Origin: Lama guanicoe
Taxonomy: Eukaryota
NCBI GenBank assembly: GCA_013239625.1
Contig: MU054132.1
Coordinates: 682,001-746,000 of the forward strand
Direction: 5' to 3'
DNA length: 64,000 bases
A model generated the notes under the pieces. The model did not search any database. It saw only the letters and a program-made list of their open reading frames with translations, and had not been told where the DNA came from. Below are positions 38,201 to 49,328 of this stretch, piece after piece. Both the position numbers and the translations under genes were made by a program. Numbering within the stretch: position 1 is the stretch's first letter; each line of letters starts with the position of its first letter.

Positions 38201-41200
38201 AATAAAACTGACAGGTTGGATAAGAGGTTGTTGGAGGCGTCAGGGAGAGGGTTTGGTGTGGCATCAGAGCTTTCTTTCAGCCTCTCCTGTTCTGCTCTGC
38301 TCCTGCCATATGCAGCTCATCACAGAGTATCACAGGCCAGGGCGGAACAAGAGGGGGCTGCATTCTTGGTTGGAGTAAAGGGTGCAGGTGGATCTCCATG
38401 ACCTGGGGGGGTTGAGGGGGTTGCTTCTCTTGTTTCCCAAAGATTGGTTTTAGGAAGTACAAAACAAATTTTTTTTTAATTGAAGTACAGTCTGTTTACA
38501 GTGTTGTGTCAGTTTCTAGTGTACAGCACAATGCTTCAGTCATACATGAATATACATATATTCGTTAAAACAAAAATTTTTAATTTTAATCTTTTTGTAT
38601 ATGCTTTAGTAAGTATTTTTAAAATGTGTAGCTAGGACATCAAGCTGCTATTTCAGACATGTAACTGCTTAGGATGTGGCTCCACTTTAAAAAATGGAAA
38701 GTGTTACGTTGTTTCATTTTGGTGGAGGTATGATGGGGAGGGCAGTGATAAGAATGACTAGATTTGAGAAGCCTCAGCATATGGGACAGGCCCCTTGAGG
38801 TGGTACTACAGCAGTGTGGCTGTGACATGCCGTATCGTTGCACTGGGCATTCCAGAGGCCTCACCACAAGGGAGCTTAGAATTTCTGTTCACAGGAACAG
38901 GGGACTGAGGCCCGCAGAGGAGATGGTTTCCCAAGATGCTGCCGGGAAGTGGTGTTGAGTGGAACTAGTGCTAGACTCTTCCTGCTCTGGGTCCCCAGGG
39001 GCATGTGTGTCCCTTCTCAGTGCATCTGGGGCAGAAGGCTCAGAGCCCAGCTCTGGAGTGTCTTGTCCTAGAGGATTTCTTCTAACCCGTGCCAGCCAGC
39101 TCTCTGCTGAGCCCCTCGGCTGCTGGAGTCCTGGTGTGGGGCTCTGGTGTGCTCCAGCAGGTGGGGTGAGGGTCTGTACAGTGCTTCTAGCCCATCTACT
39201 TTTTGTGCACCTGCTTCTTGGAAGGTATATTGTGTGTTCTGTTTGAGCAGAGTTCATTTGCTTTGATTTATTTTTTTCCAAAGTGGGACTAGCTTTACTG
39301 GTTATTGTAAAAATTGGAAATGTTTCATATAAAGAATACATAACACTATAATAAAGAATCAAGTATGTCTCTGTATGTATGTATAGAATAAGATAAATTT
39401 AAAACCCTACTATCTTTTTGGTATATAACTGTCTAGATTTTTTCCTCTTTGTCCATATACCTAGCTGGATAGCAATATCTATATGACCTTATAAAAATGA
39501 AATTATGCTGCTCATCTGTTACATGCTCCCCCCCTCAACAATAAATCTGCTTTGGACATCTCAGCATATCAGTAGAGATCCCTGTCTTCAGTTTTTGTGG
39601 CTGCAAAGTATTCTTTTTTGTGGATAGCCTTGACATAATTTATTTAAACAATCCTCTCTAATGGAAGCTTTGGTGGCATCCAGTATTTCGCCCTGTTAAT
39701 GCTGTTGAGAAACATCCTCGCATGTTCATCCAAGCATTTGCTTTGCTGGGTCTCTCTTACTATGTATTTTTGGATAACAGAACTATGGGTGAAACATTGA
39801 GTACATCCAACTTTAAAGCATGTTTTAAACTATCTTCCAGAAAAGTAGAACTGATTCAAGCCAGTAGTCCTGGCTGGTAGGATGATTGTTGAATGACTGC
39901 AGGTAGCTGTGGGCTTTCTTTGGATCCCTTGGAGAGTGCAGCCTCTCAGCTCTGATGCATATTTCCTGGGCACGTGGGTGGAAAGGCCTGCCTGTCCTCT
40001 ACTCCAGCTGATGACAGGCCTGCTTTTCCTATCTGTCTCCCAGAATGCTGTTCGTGTCCCTAGGGACTTTGAGGGCTGCAGCGTCCTCCGCAAGTACCTG
40101 GGCCAGCTCCACTACCTGCAGAGTCGGGTCCCCATGGGCTCGGGCCAGGAGGCTGCCGTTCCTGTCACTTGGTAAGAGCTGGCAGGCAGGGCTATGGGGA
40201 GCCTGGAGGATGCCTGTGACAGCCCAGGGGTGCCTGGGTGGTGGGGATGCCCCTCCCCTTTTCCTTGCTGCCTAGGATGGGGAGCAGCTTGGTGTGGCCT
40301 CCCCAGGCCTCCCTACCTCTGACCTCACAGTGGGGAGGCAGGTCCTTTCACTAGTTCCTTCCCTCAAGATAACTGGAGTGGCTTGTCTACAGGACTGAGA
40401 TCTTCTCAGGCAAGTCTGTGGCCCATGAGGACATCAAGTACGAGCAAGCCTGTATTCTCTATAACCTTGGTGAGCTACCTAACCCCTTCCCCATGGTCCT
40501 GCCTCCAGCCCTCTCAACCCCATTTCAGCTCAGCAGGAGGCCATGAAGGCAGTGGCGTGATGGAGGGAAGACACTTGGATTCTGACCCTCCCACTGCCCT
40601 CCCCACGGCTCTGCTGATGCCTCTTTTCAGGGCCACAGGGAGCCACCCTGCTAGGGAAAGGCTCTGCTAGGCCAGCTGCCACATAGTGTTGCTGCCTCAT
40701 AGGTGGCCTCTCTGACTGGACAGCCCCCCGACCTCCTTTGTGGCTTTGGGCTGCTTCAGGCAGGAGGAGAGCAAGGCTGGCCTAGACCAGCCCTGCCATC
40801 AACCCTGAGGGCTCAGCCTCAGCCTGAGGAGCCCCAAGTCCTGTGTAGGCAGGCATCCCTGAGGCTCTGAGACTGGACCTGTAGGCTGGGGCTATGGACA
40901 CCTTTCACCCCACCTGTGCCTGGTGCAGAGCAAGAAACTTGAGGGGCTTGACTGGACTTCTGAGTTTCTCCGTTTACTCCAGCTTTGGTGTCCTTGGACC
41001 AACTGTCTCCCAGTCCTCGGACCCGTTTTCCTGATCATGGGTGACAACACTGCCCCCTCTGCCTTACACTGGACACAGGTGTGGGCAGCCTGGGGAGCAG
41101 CCCGAGGCTAGCGCTGACCCCACGTCCTCTGCCTCTCCAGGGGCGCTGCACTCCATGCTGGGAGCCATGGACAAGCGGGTATCTGAGGAGGTGAGGAGGA

Positions 41201-44200
41201 CAGTGGCAGTGGGTGGGACACAGGACAGAACCAGGGAAGGGTGCTGAGTGCCTCCAGAGGGTGAATCCTGCCCTGTGGGAGTGGGCACTGGCTCTTCCTT
41301 TAGCCAGCCTCCCCTCTTCTCTCCCAGGGCATGAAGGTCTCCTGCACTCATTTCCAGTGTGCGGCAGGCGCCTTCGCCTACCTACGTGAGCACTTCCCTC
41401 ATGCCTACAGCGTTGACATGAGCCGTCAGATCCTCACTCTCAATGTCAACCTCATGCTGGTGAGCTGGTGCCCTTGGTGGGCTGAGTTGAATCCAGGGAA
41501 GGAGATAGTTAGGGCTGGATCCTAGGCCAGGCTCTGCACAGGGCTGTGAGGGACAAGCAGGGGCGTAGACTTTGAGCCCCCCTGGAGCAGGGGAGGCGGG
41601 ATGAAGAGAGGATCTGTGTGGTCTGCCCTGGAGCAGGGTGGGGCCTCCAGGTGAGAGGAGTGCATCTGCACCTGCTGTTCCAGGGCCAGGCTCAAGAGTG
41701 CCTTCTGGAGAAGTCCATGTTGGACAACAGGAAGAGCTTTCTGGTGGCCCGCATCAGTGCACAGGTAGGAATGGGGGTAGACGGTGGCTCTCAAGGGACT
41801 GATGGCAGGCCTCTGGTTCACTCTCAGTCCCCAACTTACGGCCTGTTCCCGGCTCCCAGGTGGTGGATTACTACAAGGAGGCATGCCGGGCCTTAGAGAA
41901 CCCTGACACTGCCTCGCTGCTGGGCCGGATCCAGAAGGACTGGAAGAAGCTTGTACAGATGAAGATCTACTACTTTGCGGCTGTGGCTCATGTGAGGGCA
42001 CCATGGCCGCTGGGGCTGGGCTGGGCTGGGCTGCGTTGAGTTGCCACAGCTCAGGAAATAATGATGTCTCTTCTTTCTTAGTTACATATGGGCAAGCAGG
42101 CTGAGGAGCAGCAGAAGTTTGGGGAGCGGGTGAGTGAGCCCTAGGCGAGGAGGGGACTCAGGACTGGATCCAGCTTTGTTAGTGAAGTCCTCGTGAGGTC
42201 CCTTCCCTTACAGAATGGGGGGGGGGCACTCTTGTCTGCCTTTACCTCTCATGTCCCTGACCACCCCCTGCTGTAGGCCTGGTGTTTCTTGTGTTGTCCC
42301 ATCTGTGCAGCTCTCATCCATCAGAGGGGATGGCTGGTTGGAGGTGTCACCTGGGAGGCAGAGCAGGGTGAAGCTGTAAGATAGACCCTAACCTTGGTGC
42401 TGTTGGCTGGGCTGGCACCTGCCTACCTCCTCAGCTTCTTGTCTTCTAATGGGTCACCTGGTGGCCAGGCAGGCTTGGTGGGGTGGCAGGTGTGGGTCCA
42501 AGCAGGGAAGGATGGACTGGGCTTTCCTGCTGCCCCATCACAGGTCGCCTACTTCCAGAGTGCCCTGGACAAGCTCAATGAAGCCATCAAGCTGGCCAAG
42601 GTAAAGCTGAGGAAGAGCCTGGCTGCCCCTCAGAGCCTGGGAGGACAAGGAGCAAGCCTGGCAGGGCCGAGGGGTGTCCTGGCACTGGCCGTAGTTGGTG
42701 TTGAGCACCCCCATCCCTCCCCACAGGGCCAGCCTGACACTGTGCAAGATGCACTTCGCTTTGCCATGGATGTCATCGGGGGAAAGTGAGTCTCTGGGAC
42801 TTGGGGTGGCTTTTGGTTCCTTCTTGTTAGGAAAGGGCTTCGTGTTCTGCCTGAATCGTTGGGAGGAAGCCAACAGGGCCAGAGAGCAGTGGCCCACGTG
42901 GGAGGTTAGGTCCTGGATCCCTAGTGATGGCTGAAGAATCACCACTCCCCCTTCTCCTGACCCTCAGGTACAATTCTGCCAAGAAGGACAATGATTTCAT
43001 CTACCACGAGGCTGTCCCAGCACTGGACACCCTTCAGCCTGTAAAAGGTCTGAAACTGAGGGAAGGCCCAGGATTGGGGTAGGGGATGAAGATGGGACAG
43101 AACAGAGGCAGGCTCGTTTGTGTGGGTGGGCCTGGTCTCCACAATTCTTCCTCCGCCTCCCAGGTGCCCCCTTGGTGAAGCCCTTACCAGTGAACCCCAC
43201 AGATCCCGCTGTTACAGGCCCTGACATCTTTGCCAAACTGGTACCCATGGCTGCCCATGAAGCCTCATCGCTGTACAGGTGGGTGGGAGGGGCAGGCCCT
43301 ATTCGTAGCACAGGTTGGGTTGGTATGTCTCAAGAGACATAGGCTTCCAGTAACTGCTCTGTCACTTTTCCTGCAGTGAGGAGAAGGCCAAGCTGCTTCG
43401 GGAGATGATGGCCAAGATTGAGGAGAAGAATGAGGTCCTGGAGTGAGTGCAGGGCTGGCATGGGGGAGTACCCACCAGGCCTCTGTTTCCCCAAGCTGCC
43501 TGTAACAAGAAGAGTAGTGAAATGTGGGCTCGTACCACCAGGTTTCCCGACTCTGCCCTCCCTGCTCAGGGTCTGGTATGCTAGATTTGTAAGGCGGGTC
43601 ACTCGTGCATCTTGGGAAGAGGACATCCCATTACCAGTATTGCCCTGGGCAGGTTCTGTGGTGGGGGTTGGGGTGCTGATATGCCGTCTGCTAGGACCTC
43701 GGATCTCGCTTCAGTGGTGGGAGGCTCACCCTAGTGGGTTGCTTTCACATGTGAGGGGTTATCAGCACCCAGCACCCACCTGGAGCTGTTCCCTCCCACA
43801 GCCAGTTCATGGATTCACTGCAGCTGGATCCTGAGACAGTGGACAACCTTGACATCTACAGTCACATCCCACCCCAGCTCATGGAGAAGTGTGCGGCTCT
43901 CAGCGTCCGGCCTGACACTGTCAGGAACCTCGTCCAGTCCATGCAAGGTGAGTAAGGGGGAGAGCAAGCAGGTGGAGGGCGGGAACGTGGAAGTCGTCTG
44001 CTGCAGCCTTCTCTGTCTCTTGTTGAACAAGGATGCAGGTTTGCACCTCTCCCAGCATCTGGCACAGCACCCACCACTTCCATGACCACCGTACCCTGTG
44101 CTTCCTGTGTCTGCCAGTGTCAGGACACCCCTTGGCCCCGCCAGGCTTGCTCCTTGTTCTCAGGCTCTGAGGGGCCGCCAGCCTTTTCCTTGGTGCTGGG

Positions 44201-47200
44201 CTGCACAGAAGCCTGACTGAGGGGCAGTTCTGTCTCCTGGGCAATGGGCCAGACTGGGTCCCTGGTCTGCCTGCCTGCCTCAGGAGCTGACCCTCTTCCC
44301 CTAAACACGCCCCCAGTGCTGTCAGGTGTGTTCACGGATGTGGAGGCCTCCCTGAAGGACATAAGGGACCTGCTGGAGGAGGATGAGCTGCTAGAACAGA
44401 AGTTGCAGGAGGCAGTGGGCCAGGCGGGAGCCAGCACAGCAGTCTCCAAGGCCGAATTGGCCGAGGTGAGGCGAGAGTGGGCCAAGTACATGGAGGTCCA
44501 CGAGAAGGCCTCCTTCACCAACAGTGAGCTGCACCGTGCCATGAATCTGCACGTCGGCAACCTGCGCCTGCTCAGTGGGCCGCTGGACCAGGTCCGGGCT
44601 GCCCTGCCCACGCCAGCCCTCACCCCAGGTGAGGCCCCCAGCTCCGTCCCCATGGGGAAAGGCATGGAGCTAGGGGTTTCTCTGGCCTCACTGACCACTG
44701 CTGCTCCCAGAGGACAAAGCGGTGCTGCAGAACCTGAAGCGCATCTTGGCCAAGGTGCAGGAGATGCGGGACCAGCGCGTGTCCCTGGAGCAGCAGCTGC
44801 GTGAGCTTATCCAGAAGGATGACATCACTGCCTCACTGGTTACTACGGAGCACTCAGAGATGAAGGTGGGCTGGGTGAGCAGCGTGGAGGGGCTGACTCT
44901 AGGTTCCACCCTTAGGTGGTGAGGCCCTGAGTGTCCTCCACCCTGCAACACGTTCCCTCAGAAACTGTTCGAGGAGCAGCTGAAGAAGTACGACCAGCTG
45001 AGGGTGTACTTGGAGCAGAACCTGGCTGCCCAGGACAATGTCCTCCGGGCACTGACAGAGGCCAACGTGCAGTATGCGGCCGTGCGGCGGGTGCTCAGCG
45101 AACTGGACCAAAAGTCAGTGTCTGGCCCTGTGTTCTTGCCTAGTCTCACCCCAAGCTGGGCTCCAGCTGCTCACCCCTTGCTGGCCCTTCTGTCCACCAG
45201 GTGGAACTCTACGCTTCAGACCCTGGTGGCCTCCTATGAAGCCTATGAGGACCTGATGAAGAAGTCCCAGGAGGGCAAGGACTTCTATGCAGACCTGGAG
45301 AGCAAGGTGGCTGCTCTCTTGGAACGGGCTCAGTCCATCTGCCAGGCCCGCGAGGCTGCCCGCCAGCAGCTCCTGGACAGGTAGGTGTGGCCCCAGGACC
45401 AAGGTGAGGCTGCAGCCCAGACCCAGGGTGGCTGAGGTGGGGGTCTGGCTCCATTTCTTCATCACTTCGTCCCACAGGGAGCTGAAGAAGAAGCCACCAC
45501 CACGGCCCACAGCCCCAAAGCCACTGCTGCCCCGCAGGGAGGAGGGTGAGGCAGTGGAGACAGGGGACCTGCCTGAGGAGCTACGCAGTCTGCCCCCCGA
45601 CACCTTCCTGGGAACCGCTGCCCCGCTCCACTTCCTTCCCAGTCCCTTCCCCAGTTCTGCTGGCCCAGGACCCCATTATCTGTCAGGCCCCTTACCCCCT
45701 GGTACCTACTCAGGCCCCACCCAGGTGTTGCAGCCTAGGGCCCTCCAAGCCCCAGGGCACCCTGCGGTGGCCATGGCACCTGGACCTGCCCTCTACACAC
45801 CCCCGACGTACACACCAGAGCTGGGCCTTGTGCCCCGATCCTCACCGCAGCATGCTGTGGTGAGCAGTCCCTATGGTGGGGTAGGGCCCCCTCAACCAGT
45901 TGCAGGTCTGCCCTCAGCCCCACCTCCCCAGTTCTCTGGCCCCGAGTTGGCCATGGGGGTTCGGCCAGCCACCACCACAGTAGATAGCGTCCAGGCCCCC
46001 ATCTCCAGCCACACAGCACCACGGCCAAACACCACCCCTGCTCCTCCCCCGCCTTGCTTCCCGGGGCCCCCACCACAGCCACTGCCCATGCCCTATACCT
46101 ACCCTATAGGGACCAAGCAACCCCTAACCGCATCACCAGCCCAGCACCACTTTTCTCCTGGGATCCCCACAGGTTTTTCAGCCCCGAGGATTGGGCCCCA
46201 GCCTCATCCCACACCAGCGGCGTTTGGGCCCCAGCCTCCCCAGCAGCCCCTTCCACTCCAACATCCACACCTCTTCCCACCACAGGCTCCAGGACTGGTA
46301 CCCGCCCAACCCCCTTACCCTTTTGCTCCTCAGCCTGGTGTCCTGAGGCAGCCACCACCTACAGTGCATACCCAGCTCTACCCAGGTCCCTCTCAGGACC
46401 CTCTGCCCCCCAACTCAGGAGCTCTGCCTTTCCCTAGCCCTGGGCCCCCTCAGCCTCCTCATCCCACCCTGGCATATGGTCCTGCTCCTTCCCCCAGGCC
46501 CCTGGGCCCCCAGGCAGCCCCCCTCTCCAGGCGAGGCCCTCCGCCTGCCAGCCAGCCCACCCCCACTCCCCACCTGGTGCCTTCACCTGCCCCATCACCA
46601 GGGCCTGGCCCAGTAACTCCTCGGCCCCCTGTAGCAGAGCCACCCCCAGGTCTGCGCCGAGGCGCTGCAGCTGCCGCTGCAGATCTGCTCTCCTCCAGCC
46701 CCGAGAGTCAGCATGGAGGCACTCAGCCTCCTGGGGGTGGGCAGCCCCTGTTGCAGCCTACAAAGGTGGATGCAGCTGAGGGCCGGCGGCCACAGGCCCT
46801 GCGGCTGATCGAGCGGGACCCCTATGAGCACCCCGAGAGGCTACAGCAGTTACAACAAGAGCTGGAGACCTTTCGGGGCCAGCTAGGCGACGTGGGGGCT
46901 CTGGACGCTGTCTGGCGGGAGCTGCAAGAGGCACAAGAGCACGATGCCCGGGGCCGCTCCATCGCCATTGCCCGCTGCTACTCACTGAAGAACCGGCATC
47001 AGGATGTCATGCCCTATGACAGCAATCGTGTGGTGCTGCGCTCTGGCAAGGATGACTACATCAACGCCAGCCGTGTGGAGGGACTCTCGCCGTACTGTCC
47101 ACCCTTGGTGGCCACCCAGGCCCCCCTGCCTGGCACAGCTGCTGACTTCTGGCTCATGGTGCACGAGCAAAAAGTGTCAGTCATTGTCATGCTTGTGTCC

Positions 47201-48655
47201 GAGGCCGAGATGGAGAAGGTAAGAGAGAGAGACTGGGTGGGTGCCCAGCAGGGACCCTGGCAAACCAGCCTTAACTGCCCTGTTTGTCCCACAGCAAAAG
47301 GTGGCACGCTACTTCCCCACCGAGAGGGGCCAGCCCATGGTGCATGGTGCCCTGAGCCTGGCTCTGAGCAGTGTCCGCACCACCGAGACCCACGTGGAGC
47401 GGGTACTAAGCCTGCAGTTCCGAGACCAGAGCCTCAAGCGCTCGCTCGTGCACCTCCATTTCCCCACTTGGCCTGAGTTGTGCGTCTGCAGCCCTGGGTG
47501 GTGATCGAAGGGTTGGGAGGGGTGGTGTGGGCCTCAGATCAGGTCTGGCTCAGAGACCCCGCCCACCCCTGCAGAGGCCTGCCCGACAGCCCTGGCAACC
47601 TGCTACGCTTCATTCAGGAGGTGCATGCTCATTACCTGCACCAGCGACCCCTGCACACGCCCATTGTCGTGCACTGCAGGTAAGCGTGGACAGCACCTGA
47701 GGGGTCTTCTGGGGGCTCTTGGCCTGGCCTTACACCCCTTTCCTGCCACAGCTCTGGGGTGGGCCGCACAGGAGCCTTCGCGCTGCTCTATGCGGCTGTG
47801 CAGGAGGTGGAGGCTGGAAATGGGATCCCTGAGCTGCCTCAGCTGGTGCGGCGCATGCGGCAGCAGAGGAAACACATGCTGCAGGAGAAAGTGAGGCCCG
47901 CTGGGTGGGAGCTGGGATGGGCCCTCTGCCTTGGGAGAAGGGCTCCACCCGGCTGACCAGGCCAGTACATGCCTCTGCAGCTGCACCTCAGGTTCTGCCA
48001 TGAGGCGGTGGTGAGACACGTGGAGCAGGTCCTGCAGCGCCATGGCGTGCCCCCTCCGTGCAGACCCTCTGCCTGCACAAGCATCAGCCAGAAGGTAAGA
48101 GAACGAACCTGTGGGTGCTGTTGGGACAGCCCCTGCCTCATGGACCCCTGTCCTCACCCATTCTTGTCTTCTCAGAATCACGCTCCTCAGGACTCCCAGG
48201 ACCTGGTCCTGGGTGGGGACGTGCCCATCAGCTCCATCCAGGCCACTATCGCCAAGCTCAGCATCCGGCCTCCTGGGGGCTTAGATTCCCCGGCTGCCAG
48301 CCTGCCAGGCCCTGTAGAGCCCCCAGGCTTGCCCCCAGCCAGCCTCCCAGAGTCCACCCAGCTCCCGTCCTCCTCCCCACCCCCTCTCTCTTCACCCCTG
48401 CCCGAGGCCCCGCAGCCTGAGGACGAGCAGCCAGTACCTGAGGTCCCCAGCCTGGGGCCCCCTTCCTCTTCCCTGGAGCTGCTAGCCTCCCTAACTCCCG
48501 AGGCCTTCTCCCTGGACAGCTCCCTGAGGGGAAAGCAGCGGATGAGCAAGCAGAACTTCCTGCAGGCCCATAATGGGCAGGGTCTGCGGGCTGCCCGGCC
48601 CACTGATGATCCCCTCAGCCTTCTGGATCCGCTCTGGACACTCAACAAGACCTGA
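13655..48655 (+). CDS. PTPN23: PTPN23 / HD-PTP, whole spliced CDS span (25 exons, 4893 nt, 1630 aa): BRO1, V domain, Pro-rich region, PTP-like domain, PEST tail
   Basis: Starts [18 protein letters not shown] with Kozak GCCGCCATGG and ends DPLWTLNKT*. All 24 introns are GT-AG and phases concatenate without stops. Confidence 0.97.
20361..21168 (-). mobile_element. Young 5'-truncated L1 in PTPN23 intron 1
   Basis: Minus-strand ORF 20790-21101 is the ORF2 C-terminus ([12 protein letters not shown]...[15 protein letters not shown]). 13-bp TSD CTCAGCAACTCTT at 20348-20360 and 21169-21181. Confidence 0.92.
21520..21831 (-). mobile_element. Young L1 3'UTR fragment inside an older L1
   Basis: Same 3'UTR sequence as the 20361-21168 copy. 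Confidence 0.8.
23818..23892 (+). CDS. PTPN23: PTPN23 exon 2
   Basis: ccctag|[25 protein letters not shown]|gtagga. Confidence 0.95.
25340..29412 (-). mobile_element. Stack of young L1 3' fragments (restarts at ~25340, ~25535, ~26015, ~28085)
   Basis: Repeated T-rich tail plus TTATTGA...CAGT(T)TACAATG 3'UTR starts. Minus ORFs 26457-26678 and 27128-27496 translate as L1 ORF2. Confidence 0.9.
29761..30465 (+). other. Candidate endogenous bornavirus-like element, part 1 (M-like 29761-30093, then L-like N-terminus)
   Basis: Non-repeat-like sequence with stop-interrupted frames [11 protein letters not shown]...[14 protein letters not shown]...[10 protein letters not shown]...*KAPI and [17 protein letters not shown]...AIDFY...LEALL. 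By-eye similarity to recalled BoDV-1 M and L. Confidence 0.55.
32200..34082 (-). mobile_element. L1 5'UTR plus decayed ORF1
   Basis: Minus strand begins GGAGTTCTGGTCAAGATGGCGG (YY1 site). ORF 32457-32702 ENFPNLGKE...[19 protein letters not shown] is L1 ORF1p. Confidence 0.9.
34898..35240 (+). mobile_element. MLT1-type solo LTR nested in L1
   Basis: TGTATTAGTTTGCCATGGCTGCCATAAC...AGAAGTCCAAGATCAAGGTGTTGGCAGGG...CATTCAGCCCATAGCA, with L1 sequence resuming on both sides. Confidence 0.85.
36103..36375 (+). other. Candidate endogenous bornavirus-like element, part 2 (L-like continuation)
   Basis: Rejoined through the TSD it reads [13 protein letters not shown]...[56 protein letters not shown]. 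Confidence 0.5.
36380..37390 (-). mobile_element. Old L1 ORF1/5' region fragment
   Basis: GATGAACTCCCCCAGCTTTTGTTTATCTGAGAATGTCTTGATTTCTCC and TTTCTGATGAGAAATCTG are antisense ORF1 motifs. Confidence 0.7.
38469..38566 (-). mobile_element. ~100-bp young L1 3' tail
   Basis: T-run plus AATTGAAGTACAGTCTGTTTACAGTG..., flanked by AAAACAAA repeats. Confidence 0.75.
40044..40171 (+). CDS. PTPN23: PTPN23 exon 3
   Basis: cccag|[43 protein letters not shown]|gtaag. Confidence 0.95.
40393..40469 (+). CDS. PTPN23: PTPN23 exon 4
   Basis: [29 protein letters not shown] flanks. Confidence 0.95.
41141..41190 (+). CDS. PTPN23: PTPN23 exon 5
   Basis: [21 protein letters not shown] flanks. Confidence 0.95.
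41328..41459 (+). CDS. PTPN23: PTPN23 exon 6
   Basis: [16 protein letters not shown]...LNVNLML, AG/GT flanks. Confidence 0.95.
41684..41764 (+). CDS. PTPN23: PTPN23 exon 7
   Basis: [27 protein letters not shown]. Confidence 0.95.
41860..41991 (+). CDS. PTPN23: PTPN23 exon 8
   Basis: [16 protein letters not shown]...[10 protein letters not shown]. Confidence 0.95.
42082..42129 (+). CDS. PTPN23: PTPN23 exon 9
   Basis: [16 protein letters not shown]. Confidence 0.93.
42544..42600 (+). CDS. PTPN23: PTPN23 exon 10
   Basis: [19 protein letters not shown]. Confidence 0.93.
42727..42785 (+). CDS. PTPN23: PTPN23 exon 11
   Basis: [20 protein letters not shown]. Confidence 0.93.
42968..43047 (+). 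CDS. PTPN23: PTPN23 exon 12
   Basis: [26 protein letters not shown] (BRO1 KDNDFIY motif). Confidence 0.95.
43164..43278 (+). CDS. PTPN23: PTPN23 exon 13
   Basis: [38 protein letters not shown]. Confidence 0.95.
43377..43442 (+). CDS. PTPN23: PTPN23 exon 14
   Basis: [21 protein letters not shown]. Confidence 0.93.
43802..43947 (+). CDS. PTPN23: PTPN23 exon 15
   Basis: [17 protein letters not shown]...VRNLVQSMQ. Confidence 0.93.
44317..44628 (+). CDS. PTPN23: PTPN23 exon 16
   Basis: [23 protein letters not shown]...[10 protein letters not shown]. Confidence 0.95.
44711..44865 (+). CDS. PTPN23: PTPN23 exon 17
   Basis: [22 protein letters not shown]...TEHSEMK. Confidence 0.95.
44962..45113 (+). 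CDS. PTPN23: PTPN23 exon 18
   Basis: [27 protein letters not shown]...SELDQ. Confidence 0.95.
45201..45380 (+). CDS. PTPN23: PTPN23 exon 19
   Basis: [32 protein letters not shown]...QQLLD (V-domain FYxxL). Confidence 0.95.
45478..47218 (+). CDS. PTPN23: PTPN23 exon 20 (1741 nt; PTAP motif, Pro-rich region, start of PTP domain)
   Basis: [15 protein letters not shown]...[28 protein letters not shown]...SEAEMEK|gtaag. Confidence 0.96.
47295..47479 (+). CDS. PTPN23: PTPN23 exon 21
   Basis: [14 protein letters not shown]...[10 protein letters not shown]|gtgcgt. Confidence 0.93.
47575..47679 (+). CDS. PTPN23: PTPN23 exon 22
   Basis: [34 protein letters not shown]. Confidence 0.95.
47752..47890 (+). 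CDS. PTPN23: PTPN23 exon 23
   Basis: [20 protein letters not shown]...[11 protein letters not shown]. Confidence 0.95.
47981..48094 (+). CDS. PTPN23: PTPN23 exon 24
   Basis: [26 protein letters not shown]...SISQK. Confidence 0.93.
48176..48655 (+). CDS. PTPN23: PTPN23 exon 25 coding part
   Basis: [22 protein letters not shown]...[18 protein letters not shown]. Confidence 0.95.
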   Translation, partial: NHAPQDSQDLVLGGDVPISSIQATIAKLSIRPPGGLDSPAASLPGPVEPPGLPPASLPESTQLPSSSPPPLSSPLPEAPQPEDEQPVPEVPSLGPPSSSLELLASLTPEAFSLDSSLRGKQRMSKQNFLQAHNGQGLRAARPTDDPLSLLDPLWTLNKT

Positions 48656-48855
48656 ACAGGCTTTGCCTGTTTGGTCCTTACACTGCACATCATCTCCCAC
48701 ACCTGTCTGCCCTCTTGGGGTGGGGCCAGTCTTACTCCCATTCCTGCTGCCTTCAAGCCCTACCTGGCCCAGCCCGCACCTCTGGGATGGAGATGCATCG
48801 TGGGCCAGGTTCTGCTCCTTTGTGGGACCTGACATTTTTCAGCTCTTTGCTATGG

Positions 48856-48861
48856 AATAAA
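48856..48861 (+). terminator. PTPN23: PTPN23 polyadenylation signal AATAAA
   Basis: First AATAAA, ~200 nt after the stop codon. Confidence 0.8.
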
Positions 48862-49183
48862 CCAACCTGTTATATCGCCGATGTCTGCCCATTGCTGCAG
48901 AGACGGGGGAGCCTGAGCCCCAGTAGCACCGCCTCTGGTAAACTGGGGTGGGGAGGGGGTTGGGATAACCTCAGGCCACCTTGGTTTCCCCACCTCTGAC
49001 GTAGCTAAGAAGGCCTCGAGCGCTGGCTTGTGTCTGTCCCTGTGACTTCTGTGGCTCCTGCCGCAAGTGCTGAGGTTTAGGCACAGGGAGGGAGGAGGGA
49101 AGCATGTAAACGACAGGTCTTCCCTAGAGGAGCTCTGCTAAGTGGCTCACAGGGCCCCTGGCTGATGGGAATTTTTTAAAAAG

Positions 49184-49189
49184 TTTAAT
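49184..49189 (-). terminator. SCAP: SCAP polyadenylation signal ATTAAA
   Basis: TTTAAT on the + strand, ~140 nt past the SCAP stop codon. Confidence 0.7.
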
Positions 49190-49328
49190 ATTACAGGCAT
49201 GAGGTGGGACAGGACAGTTCAGAGGCAGCTTCCCAAAGACAGCTGTTCCTCCCCAGTCTAGGTCCAGTGCATTGCACCACAGAGCACCCCAGCCCAATGA
49301 GTAAGGAGGCCACAGCTGCTGCCCACCC

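Noticed and set aside
43324..43341. 8-bp hairpin TATGTCTC-AA-GAGACATA in PTPN23 intron 13
   Set aside because: Short enough to arise by chance in 64 kb.
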